Shown: positions 9,451 to 17,607 of the stretch, one piece after another
Layout of the letters: each line of letters begins with the position of its first letter
Position numbering within the stretch: position 1 is the stretch's first letter
Assembly (NCBI RefSeq): GCF_035285525.1
Contig: NZ_JAYKGW010000061.1
Location: 55,085 to 87,084 of the forward strand
Direction: 5' to 3'
Source of the DNA: Okeania sp.
GTDB lineage: Bacteria; Cyanobacteriota; Cyanobacteriia; Cyanobacteriales; Microcoleaceae
DNA length: 32,000 bases
Notes under the pieces: model-generated
What the model saw: only the letters and a program-made list of their open reading frames with translations
Databases searched by the model: none
Told to the model about the DNA's origin: nothing
Made by a program: the position numbers and the translations under genes

Positions 9451-9670
9451 CCAAAATTAGTTGGGGAAATGGGGAGATGAGGAAATGGGGAGATGGGGAG
9501 ATGGGTTCTATAAGGCTATTTTTCTAGCTTTTTCCCTATTTCGCGTCCACGGTTAGGGTTAGGGGTGGGTTGACTCCTCACTTCTTTGGCAAAAAAACAC
9601 ATCTTTGTAAAGATACGGTTAAGGGTTCTATAGAGTCAAAAAACTATTGCACAATAGTTTTAAACACTAT

Positions 9671-9761
9671 CAGGACTTACGCAAAGGTACTATATGTAGA
9701 GTTAAAAAACTATAGCGCTATAGTTTTGAGCGCTATATTTAGGATCGCTGCGTAAGTCCTG
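9671..9761 (+). mobile_element. MITE-C copy (13-bp TIR CAGGACTTACGCA)
   Basis: caggacttacgcaaaggtactatatgtag...aaaactatagcgctatagtttt...gctgcgtaagtcctg, 91 bp. The core is a perfect 22-nt palindrome. Confidence 0.8.
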
Positions 9762-9803
9762 TTATTAATACCTGTATTTCATAATACTTGGAATCTAGTC
9801 CTT

Positions 9804-9836
9804 AGAAACCCGGTTTCTTAAAGAAACCGGGTTTCT
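9804..9836. terminator. Perfect 15-bp-stem palindrome between convergent RDD and DUF58 genes
   Basis: agaaacccggtttct-taa-agaaaccgggtttct. The arms are exact reverse complements. No flanking T-run, so this may be a dispersed palindromic element acting as a bidirectional stop. Confidence 0.45.
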
Positions 9837-9891
9837 GAACCTACGGTAACTAATACCCACACTTCCCACACCTCCCTACTCCCTACTCCCT

Positions 9892-11223
9892 CTAGAGTAA
9901 ATTCCGAGATTTTAGCTGTAAATATCTATCTACCAACTCTGTACTAATCTGATTTGCAGGTGCATCCAAAACCAAAACTCCTTTTTGTTTCAACTCAGCA
10001 AAAGCAACCTCTCTTTGACATAACAAATCTATTGCCACCCCACGAGAATAAGCAGCAGAAATTTTTTCATGTACCTGCTGATTTTCCCCAAAAGTTTCAG
10101 CATGAGCTAACTTATCCACTAAAGGGTCGCGCAAAGTCACGCAAAACGGTAAATAACGAGGCGTTAACTTTGCCAATGCTGATAATAACTCTCCAGAAGC
10201 AGTCCTATCCACAATATCTGTAATCATAACGATCAAAGCACGACGACTTTGTTGATTAACCACTCTGCTCACAGCTCCCACATAATCTGCTTCCAATAAA
10301 ACTGGTTGAATAGGAGTGAGACTTTCGACTAATTTTGATAACCGATATTGACCTCTCTCTGGTGGTATCCAAGTACTAACTTGGCGGTCGAATACTCCTA
10401 CCCCCACGCGATCGCCCCGACTCAAACCTGTCAATGCTAAGGACAAAGTAGCATTTAAACCCCAGTCAAACCGTTTTAAACCTTGCACTTGAGCAGTCAT
10501 CAACCGACCTCGATCTAGCAAAATAATTAAAGTTTGCTCGGTTTCTGGTTCCAAAACTCTCACCAGGGGACGACTGCGACGAGCTGTTGCTTTCCAGTCT
10601 ATTAAACGAGTATCGTCTCCAATACCATATTCTCGGAGTTCAGAAAATTCTGTTCCTATGCCCAGTGGTCGGTTTTGACGAATAGTGCCAGTGTTTTCTA
10701 GAGCAAGACGGATAGAGAGCGATCGCAGTCCTATTAAATCTGGATAAACTGCTACCTGTTGACTGGCAGAAATTTGCCATTGATGCCAAGTTAATCGCCA
10801 TTTTCCCAACTGTCTGACTTGAATATTACCCCATTGAAATTCACCACGTTTATTCGGGTTGATAATATAAGTTAATTCTTGACTTTTATTTGGTTCAATT
10901 TTTGCTGATAAAGTAGGAGGAGAAACAGTAAATTCTGAAGGATAATTATCGCGCAAGATAATGTTGGCTTTTTGTTTGCTAGATTCGACTAAGAAAGTAA
11001 TGTTATTATCGCGACCAATGGAAAGTTTGTTTAAAGGATGGCGGGTTATTTTAACTCTATTAGGTTTGACTGTTATTCCATCCCAAATTGCTAAACTACA
11101 GAGAATAAAATCAAACAGTGCTAATATTATTAAACTGATCGATTGATTAAATAAAATAGCAATTACTGGGGAAATTGCCATTCCTAATAATAATAGTAAA
11201 TATAAACGTTTTGAGGGAACCAT
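9892..11223 (-). CDS. DUF58 domain protein (vWA-like, membrane anchored)
   Basis: 443 aa. Two N-terminal TM helices. DUF58 signature REYGIGDDTRLIDWKATARRSRPLVRVLE followed by the vWA-like strand TLIILLDRGRLM. Lies downstream of a MoxR ATPase, as is usual for DUF58. Confidence 0.85.
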   Translation of the reverse strand: MVPSKRLYLLLLLGMAISPVIAILFNQSISLIILALFDFILCSLAIWDGITVKPNRVKITRHPLNKLSIGRDNNITFLVESSKQKANIILRDNYPSEFTVSPPTLSAKIEPNKSQELTYIINPNKRGEFQWGNIQVRQLGKWRLTWHQWQISASQQVAVYPDLIGLRSLSIRLALENTGTIRQNRPLGIGTEFSELREYGIGDDTRLIDWKATARRSRPLVRVLEPETEQTLIILLDRGRLMTAQVQGLKRFDWGLNATLSLALTGLSRGDRVGVGVFDRQVSTWIPPERGQYRLSKLVESLTPIQPVLLEADYVGAVSRVVNQQSRRALIVMITDIVDRTASGELLSALAKLTPRYLPFCVTLRDPLVDKLAHAETFGENQQVHEKISAAYSRGVAIDLLCQREVAFAELKQKGVLVLDAPANQISTELVDRYLQLKSRNLL

Positions 11224-11226
11224 TTT

Positions 11227-11338
11227 TTTTCATTTATCAGTTATCAGCGATTAATTTTCAGTTGTTAATTTTCAGTTATCAGGGATTAATTTTCAGTTAT
11301 CAACGATTAGTTTTCAGTTGTTAGTTTTCAATTATTAG
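11227..11338. repeat. 16 in-phase heptamers (TTTTCAG/TTATCAG/CGATTAA types), STRR-like
   Basis: Hand-phased as ttttcat ttatcag ttatcag cgattaa ttttcag ttgttaa ttttcag ttatcag ggattaa ttttcag ttatcaa cgattag ttttcag ttgttag ttttcaa ttattag. Starts 4 nt from the DUF58 start codon. Confidence 0.75.
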
Positions 11339-11341
11339 TTT

Positions 11342-11431
11342 AGGACTTAAGCAGTGACTCTAGATATCCTGCTTAAAACCCCATACGCAATAGTTTTTTG
11401 TTCTATATATAGCACCTTTGCGTAAGTCCTG
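11342..11431 (-). mobile_element. MITE-C copy, opposite orientation
   Basis: aggacttaagcagtgactc...acgcaatagtttttt...tatatagcacctttgcgtaagtcctg, 90 bp. Confidence 0.75.
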
Positions 11432-11824
11432 TAGTTATTAGTTGTTCAGGACTATTTTATTCTAAGTTACAGCATATCTTGGGCAAATGATGTACGAAGT
11501 AAATGGTGAAAAGATTAAGGAAAGAGGGAGCAGGGAGAGATACCTAATAGTTTAATAAAATTTACTGGTGTCAAATATTCTACATTTGATTTTGGCTACC
11601 TAGTTATAGTTGCAAAAATACTTTTTTCCTATTCCTTATTCCCTATTGCCTCCATACCTTTCCCCTGCTCCCTAAAAACAATAAATTTTGGCTTTCTTCA
11701 AAATTGAAATGCACCCGTTATAGTTAATATCACACCAAATCCAAAAATAAAACTAAACAGAAAATATTTTTTTCTATTACTTCTTCCTTCTCCCTTTTCC
11801 CTTCTTCCTTCTTGCTTCTAAATA

Positions 11825-12775
11825 TCACCTTGGCACAGAAACTTGTTTCAATATAGAACTAATTACCCCATCAATTATTACCCCATCTAAAAGCGATTCT
11901 GGTTTCAAAATTAATCTATGACGTAACAGAGGCAATGCCACCATTTTAATATCATCTGGAGTTACATAATTTCTATTATCCAACCAAGCTTGTGCTTTAC
12001 TAATTTTTAACCAAGAAACAGCAGCTCGTGGGGAAGCACCTAAAGCCAAATCTGGATGTTTTCGGGTTTGTTGAACTAATGCTAATAAATAATCTAAAAC
12101 TTTTTCTTGAAAATTAATAGCTTCTACTTCTTGTCTAGCTAAAATTATTTGTTCTACAGTTGCTACAGGTTCAATTTTATTTAAGTCGAAACTTTTAGCA
12201 CTAAAACCTTGTTGAGTATTTAGTAACATTTGTTTTTCTGCTGTTGTCTCTGGATAATCCATAATAATCTTAAATAAAAATCTGTCTAACTGTGCTTCTG
12301 GTAGAGGATATGTACCTTCAAATTCTAGGGAATTTTGAGTAGCAACTACCCAAAATAAATCGGGTAATTCTAAAGTTTTTCCGTCTAATGTTACTTGTTG
12401 TTCTGCCATTGCTTCAAGTAAAGCTGCCTGGGTTTTTGGTGGAGTTCGATTAATTTCATCTGCTAATAATATTTCTGCAAAAACAGGACCTTTTTTAAGA
12501 GTAAAATTCCGACTATTAAGGTCAAATACATTAGTTCCTAAAATATCAGATGGCAGAATATCTGGAGTTAGTTGAACTCGACGAAATTCGGCTTTAATTA
12601 ATTTGGCTAAAACTTTAACTGTCAGAGTTTTTCCTGTGCCTGGAACTCCTTCGAGTATTACATGACCTCCTGTTAATAGGGAAATTAATAATTGTTTAAT
12701 TGGTAAATTTTGACCGACAATTATTTGGATAATAGCTTGATAGAGTTGGGTAAATATAGAGTTAGTTTCTTTCAT
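11825..12775 (-). CDS. MoxR-family AAA+ ATPase
   Basis: 316 aa. Walker A GVPGTGKT. Walker B/sensor ILLADEINRTPPKTQAALLEAMAEQQVT. ATQNSLEFEGTYPLPEAQLDRF and GASPRA are characteristic of the MoxR (AAA_3) subfamily. Confidence 0.93.
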   Translation of the reverse strand: MKETNSIFTQLYQAIIQIIVGQNLPIKQLLISLLTGGHVILEGVPGTGKTLTVKVLAKLIKAEFRRVQLTPDILPSDILGTNVFDLNSRNFTLKKGPVFAEILLADEINRTPPKTQAALLEAMAEQQVTLDGKTLELPDLFWVVATQNSLEFEGTYPLPEAQLDRFLFKIIMDYPETTAEKQMLLNTQQGFSAKSFDLNKIEPVATVEQIILARQEVEAINFQEKVLDYLLALVQQTRKHPDLALGASPRAAVSWLKISKAQAWLDNRNYVTPDDIKMVALPLLRHRLILKPESLLDGVIIDGVISSILKQVSVPR

Positions 12776-13035
12776 TAATTTACTGACTATTTGTGAATAT
12801 TTTTTTTGTTTTAATTAGGGAATAGGTTATTTCAGTTATCAGTTATTAGTACCTCTCGCTGAAACATTAGGTATTAAAATACTGAAGTCTATTTTATCTA
12901 TAGATTAGATTCATTTAAATAAATACTTTACTATAAATCAATACAGTTCAGTTAAGGATTGTTCTAACATTTTTGTGGTCTGAAAAACCTATACAATGGT
13001 TCGATATCATAATAATTTTCGTATTAACTTATAAA

Positions 13036-13195
13036 TAAGGTTTGCTGAAAAATTCTTTTAGTAATGTGATTTATTCACCTAAAAATTGTTTGATAATTTG
13101 ACAGCATATTTCTGGCAAATCAGTTACAGAGTAAATTTATTTTAGGCATTTTGCCCGCCACAGATATACCTCTTTTTCAGTTATCAGCAAAACTC
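13036..13195 (-). mobile_element. MITE-A related short variant
   Basis: taaggtttgctgaaaaattctttt...ttatcagcaaaactc, i.e. inverted GGTTTGCTGA / TCAGCAAAAC ends. A further solo end aaggtttgactgaaaaagtctttt lies at 13221, and the block cttttagtaatgtgatttattcac repeats at 13056 and 13240. Confidence 0.35.
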
Positions 13196-13365
13196 TTTAA
13201 AAGAATACTTTACTATCAATAAGGTTTGACTGAAAAAGTCTTTTAGTAATGTGATTTATTCACTTGAAAATTTATGTATGATTTCCTCATAACTCCTGAC
13301 TCCTAATTTTAATGTGATTAATTAACCTAAAAAATTATATATAATCTTCTCCTGAATTCTAATTT

Positions 13366-14466
13366 TCATACTGACAAAATTTCCTCCCATTTATCTAACC
13401 AATCTACTAAATCTAATTCACTAATCTTTCCTTTTTTAAATTTAACTTTCAGCAGTTTTTCTAATTCTGTTGATGGCTGCCCAGTTTGTTGTATCCAAGC
13501 ATCTATTAACAATTGATCGTCAAGTAAAATTTTTCCTAATCCTAATTTATTTTGTAATTTTATTTGTTCTGCTTTTCCTATAGTTTCTAAAATAAATTCT
13601 GTACTTTCTGCTTTTTCTAATACCGTAGCTAAAGCTTGAATATAAGCTTTACTATTATCAATTACTGATGCTGATAATTTTATTGGTTTAGCCAACCGAC
13701 GATTTTCAGCAAAAATCAGAATAACTAAAATAATTAATCCTTGAATAAATATTGGGAATAAAGGAGTCTTAACTAAATAACTGATGATACTTTCTCCCAA
13801 CTCCTTTTCAATTACTTCTTTATCTTTATAACCATGAATATATTCATCTACTAAAATAGGTTGTTGATTTTGAGTAACAAGTTGAGCTAAAAATTCATAA
13901 TTTCCGATTATATCTTGATAAGCATTAGCTCCTAAAAATTGAGTAGTAGCTAAAATAATTTTCCCTCCCTCAAGCCGTTTTTCCCAAACTATAGCACCGT
14001 AGCGATCGCCTAATAAAACCTCATCTTTTTTTTCCTTAAATTTAATTGCTCTACGTCTGGTCTCAATCTTAACTTTTCCCACTTTTGTCTCATGGATAGT
14101 AGTAAAATCTGCTTTTGTTGGTTGGTTATTTATTCCTAAAATTACCAGAATATTTCCTTGCTTTACCCACTTATCTATCTCAGCAGAAATTACTGAATTT
14201 TTCAGTTTATTATTTACCCGTAATAAAGTTACTGGATAGTTAATATCTTGATTATTTATTAAATCTGTAAAAGATTTTTCCCATCGTTTAATCTCCACAT
14301 TTTTTTGCAACATAAAATTGTACCATGCACCATATCCACCAGGAGCGCGACTATAACTAGAACCACTATTTAATTGATTATTTGTTGGAGCTAAAAAAAT
14401 GCTAATTATTATAATTGAAATTATAGCGATCGCTCCCAATAACCATAATTTATTATTTTTCTTCAT
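13366..14466 (-). CDS. DUF4350-like membrane-anchored protein
   Basis: 366 aa. N-terminal TM (LWLLGAIAIISIIIISIFL), a large extracytoplasmic domain and a second TM (LFPIFIQGLIILVILIFA). Its position between the DUF4129-like gene and MoxR matches the usual DUF4350 context. The family call is from architecture and context. Confidence 0.6.
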   Translation of the reverse strand: MKKNNKLWLLGAIAIISIIIISIFLAPTNNQLNSGSSYSRAPGGYGAWYNFMLQKNVEIKRWEKSFTDLINNQDINYPVTLLRVNNKLKNSVISAEIDKWVKQGNILVILGINNQPTKADFTTIHETKVGKVKIETRRRAIKFKEKKDEVLLGDRYGAIVWEKRLEGGKIILATTQFLGANAYQDIIGNYEFLAQLVTQNQQPILVDEYIHGYKDKEVIEKELGESIISYLVKTPLFPIFIQGLIILVILIFAENRRLAKPIKLSASVIDNSKAYIQALATVLEKAESTEFILETIGKAEQIKLQNKLGLGKILLDDQLLIDAWIQQTGQPSTELEKLLKVKFKKGKISELDLVDWLDKWEEILSV

Positions 14467-15064
14467 CCTTGATTTGTTGATAAGCTTGTTGACATTCTTG
14501 AAACATAGAAGCAGAAATTTCTAAATCAGCAAATAATAACTGCTGATGAATTATAAATAACTTTTGGTATGGTTGAGATTGAGATAAATTTTGAATTAAT
14601 TTTAGATATTCTCCATCAGTGCGACTAGATTGGTGAAGTATAATTTCTCTATCATTTAATCCTTGCAACATTGCCATATATAAACAACGAAAAGCTTCTC
14701 CATAATTGCCTAGTTTTTGAAATTTTTGTGATTGATTTAACCAACCTGTAATTGATAAATCTGTCTCTAAATTTTCTCTAGTTTTTGTTGTTAAGTTGAT
14801 GCTATTACGAATATGATAAAAATAAGGATTTATAATTCTGATAATTTTTATAGCTAGCCAACTTAACAAACCAGCAAAAATTAGCCAAGCAACTATTTTA
14901 GCTATCATTAATATTGTAAAAATATCCCACCATGAAGGCAAATCTATTTCTGGTAAATCAGGGTCTACTTTAGCAATTTGTAGTTCCCACCATTCACTAA
15001 TTTGTTGTTGTATTTGTTGAATTTGCCAACCTAAACTATCCTTTTGAAACGAATTTTCAGACAT
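14453..15064 (-). CDS. DUF4129-like membrane protein
   Basis: 203 aa. One TM (ILMIAKIVAWLIFAGLLSWLAI) followed by a helical domain with HQSSRTDGEYL, compared with the T-x-x-E-Y motif of DUF4129. Its 3' end overlaps the next gene by 14 nt, suggesting translational coupling. Confidence 0.55.
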   Translation of the reverse strand: MSENSFQKDSLGWQIQQIQQQISEWWELQIAKVDPDLPEIDLPSWWDIFTILMIAKIVAWLIFAGLLSWLAIKIIRIINPYFYHIRNSINLTTKTRENLETDLSITGWLNQSQKFQKLGNYGEAFRCLYMAMLQGLNDREIILHQSSRTDGEYLKLIQNLSQSQPYQKLFIIHQQLLFADLEISASMFQECQQAYQQIKDEEK

Positions 15065-15182
15065 GGTTTAATCAAGTAATTTTTGTAAGCAAATAATCTT
15101 TGAATGTAAGCATTTAGCTATTAGTAGTCAGCTATCAGTTTTTAAACTAAGGTTGGCTGATGATCTTTTTATTTAGGGACTA

Positions 15183-15442
15183 CTGATTAGCTGATTAAAT
15201 ATCAAAGCATTAACAGAGAAAGAAAAGACTTAAAGAATTTTAGGTACTGATTTCTGGGAAACAGTAAAAGTACCAGCTTTTCAGTTTAGGGAGTAGAAAA
15301 AGTCAGGATTTTGAAGTAATTATGACAGAAAAACTAAGGGGAAATCATAAATAACAACTTCTTTTACAACTCCCCTAAATCCTAAATCTTAATTACTCCC
15401 TATTGTCGAAAAAGAGCAAAAAGATTTTTTCAGCAAAACCTA
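15183..15442 (+). mobile_element. MITE-A copy (degenerate left end)
   Basis: ctgattaaatatcaaagcatt...ttttaggtactgattt...aaaaagtcaggattttg...gacagaaaaactaagggg...aagattttttcagcaaaaccta. Colinear with the other copies. Confidence 0.6.
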
Positions 15443-15542
15443 TTTATATTTTACTTCTTAGAGACTAATTCCTTCTGACAAACAAAATGACTTAATAGCT
15501 AATAGCTAATAGCTGTTTGCATAGCATTCTGGAAGAAATACT

Positions 15543-15805
15543 TAGGGCTTGGGTGTGAAAATATGAAAGAATTGAAAAATAAAGATTTTAGCAACTTGTT
15601 TGTTGGAAAAAAGTATCAGCTTTTAGGTCAAAAAGATTAAAAAATTTAGGACAAAAACCTCGCACTTCAGAGAAAAATTAAGAGACAACTCTTCTAACTA
15701 ATTCCTTTATAACTCCTCTTCTTCCTGACTCCTGACTCCTGACTGCTGACCCCTAACTACTTCCTACTCCCTACCTCTACCATCAAACTTTTTCAGCAAA
15801 CCCTA
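15543..15805 (+). mobile_element. MITE-A copy
   Basis: TAGGGCTTGGGTG...cctgactcctgactcctgac...actttttCAGCAAACCCTA. Length 263 bp with TA at both flanks. Confidence 0.7.
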
Positions 15806-15944
15806 CCTACCTTTGGATTTTGATTTGCATAATACCGTTTATCAAAAGTATTGCTATACTTGGAAGCTAGTAAAATCACTTTTATTCATAACTGAAATTA
15901 CCGCTCTATCCAGAATTTGCTCGAACAAATAATATTTATAAATA

Positions 15945-16185
15945 AGATTGCCTAATTAAATATCAAATCATGAACATTAATCATGGTTTCAAAAATTTTA
16001 GGTACTGATTTATCGGGAACCGTAAAAGTAACATATTTTCCCTTGATCGAGTGGAAAAAGTGATAATTTTGGGGTAATTATGAAAGAAAAACTAAGGGAT
16101 AATTCTGAACGGTCGCTTCTTGTATAACCTCCCACTTCTCCTAACTCTTAACCACTCCCTACTCCTCCAACTCCCCTACTCCCTA
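15945..16185 (+). mobile_element. MITE-A copy whose right end abuts/overlaps the ureohydrolase stop codon
   Basis: agattgcctaattaaatatcaaatcat...ttttaggtactgattt...gaaagaaaaactaagggat...ctactcccta. The terminal cccta (16181-16185) read on the minus strand is TAGGG, which gives the TAG stop of 16183..17082. Confidence 0.5.
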
Positions 16186-17082
16186 TAATGCTTGATAACC
16201 AATTAGTTTATAAACTAATTTGGCTGCCGTAAACTCAGATACTACGGAATCATTAACCGGAGCCAACTCCATAATATCACAACCTATTACTTCATATAAT
16301 TGAAATATTCTGCGCAAAAATGTAGTCAAAGAATACCAATTTAATCCACCTGGTTCCGGTGTACCAACTCCAGGAATTAATGTTGGATCAATTCCATCTA
16401 AATCTATAGTTAAAAACACACGTTTAGTCGAAATACTCGCTATTGCTTTTTCCATCCAATCTGACTGAATAGCTATTTCTCTAGCTCTAAAAACAGTTAA
16501 ATTTTTCTCCTTAATTAAATCAGCTTCCTCTTTACAAATTGCCCGAATACCTATTTGTAATGTTGGTAAATCCATTTCAATTATTCGTCGCATTACGCAA
16601 GCATGATTATATATTGAACCTTCATATTCATATCGCAAATCTCCATGAGCATCTATTTGAATCACAGTAAAAGGCTCATCAAAATATAATTTTTTATAAG
16701 CTTTTACTATTCCATTTGTAATGCTATGTTCCCCACCAATAGCAATCACAAATTTTCCATCATTCACTAATTTTTCCACAGTTTCTTCAGTAACTTTCAG
16801 CATCTCTAATGGAGAAATTTTTTTGCCATTACGAGTATCCGCTATAGGTTCATAAGTGTAAATTCCAACTTCCAAACCTGTTTCTCTATCTAATTCTTCG
16901 TCATAACATTCTAACTGTTGAGACGCATCTAATAATGCTGTCGGACCATTAACACAACCTCTTCTATAAGTAGTAGTTGCTTCATAAGGAATTGGTAAAA
17001 TTACTACTTTAGCAGTCGTGTAATTTGGCTCAATTTCCGAACCAATAAATGGTGGTAATGATATAGAGTTAATTGCTGACAT
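16183..17082 (-). CDS. speB: Arginase-family ureohydrolase (agmatinase-like)
   Basis: 299 aa. Metal-ligand motifs GGEHSIT, QIDAHGDLR and LTIDLDGIDP match the GGDHS / DAHxD / SxDxDxxDP pattern of the arginase/agmatinase family. Substrate cannot be read from sequence alone, so the symbol is provisional. Confidence 0.8.
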   Translation of the reverse strand: MSAINSISLPPFIGSEIEPNYTTAKVVILPIPYEATTTYRRGCVNGPTALLDASQQLECYDEELDRETGLEVGIYTYEPIADTRNGKKISPLEMLKVTEETVEKLVNDGKFVIAIGGEHSITNGIVKAYKKLYFDEPFTVIQIDAHGDLRYEYEGSIYNHACVMRRIIEMDLPTLQIGIRAICKEEADLIKEKNLTVFRAREIAIQSDWMEKAIASISTKRVFLTIDLDGIDPTLIPGVGTPEPGGLNWYSLTTFLRRIFQLYEVIGCDIMELAPVNDSVVSEFTAAKLVYKLIGYQAL

Positions 17083-17213
17083 TTTTTTAACTATATTAAT
17101 TTTCTAGGAGCTTGCTTAAACAAGGTCAAAAATGATAAAATTTATCCGATTATTATAAATAATAAATTATACTTGCCTTATCTGAACAAGTAACTTATTA
17201 TAGTTCCAATTTC

Positions 17214-17394
17214 GTAAGCATTCAGCCGTCAGCTATAAGCTAGCCTCCTGCGGAGGAGCTGCACTAACAGCTATTCATAAAAGCTTTATGATTCAGAATT
17301 AATTTGACTACAAAATCCAGTTTTTAAGTCTATATTCGTTTAAATTTCCTTCTTAAGGTTTGCTGATAGCTGACAACTAATAGCTGAATGCTTA
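17214..17394. mobile_element. MITE-B copy in the divergent promoter region between the ureohydrolase and hydrolase genes
   Basis: gTAAGCATTCAGCcgtcagctataagc ... gctgatagctgacaactaataGCTGAATGCTTA, 181 bp. Contains the internal palindrome cctcctgcggagg. Confidence 0.75.
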
Positions 17395-17607
17395 TCCAAT
17401 TTCTTTCTCCCTACTTCCTCTTCCCTAACTTACAAGGGTATGTTTTTTTTAATTGCCCTTGGATGTGAAAACTGTAGAGAAATTTTTGAACCATTTTGTT
17501 TATAGACAAGCAAAATTTTGTTGATATTTTATACTAAATAAAGGTAGTTACTCACCTCTTTCTTAAAAAGACTCCTATTATCTACTCCCTACTCCCTAAA
17601 AAAAGAA

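Noticed and set aside
9573-9584. Yfr1-like sRNA motif (actcctcacttc versus the conserved ACUCCUCACAC)
   Set aside because: The match is incomplete at the 3' end. The flanking stem-loops typical of Yfr1 are not evident, and the region is embedded in repeats.
9570-9755. 61-aa ORF on the plus strand
   Set aside because: Reads straight through MITE-C and the palindromic repeats (9638-9761). Repeat-derived, not a gene.
9954-10223. 89-aa ORF on the plus strand (also 10961-11146, 61 aa)
   Set aside because: Both are antisense inside the DUF58 gene, which has clear family motifs. Shadow ORFs.
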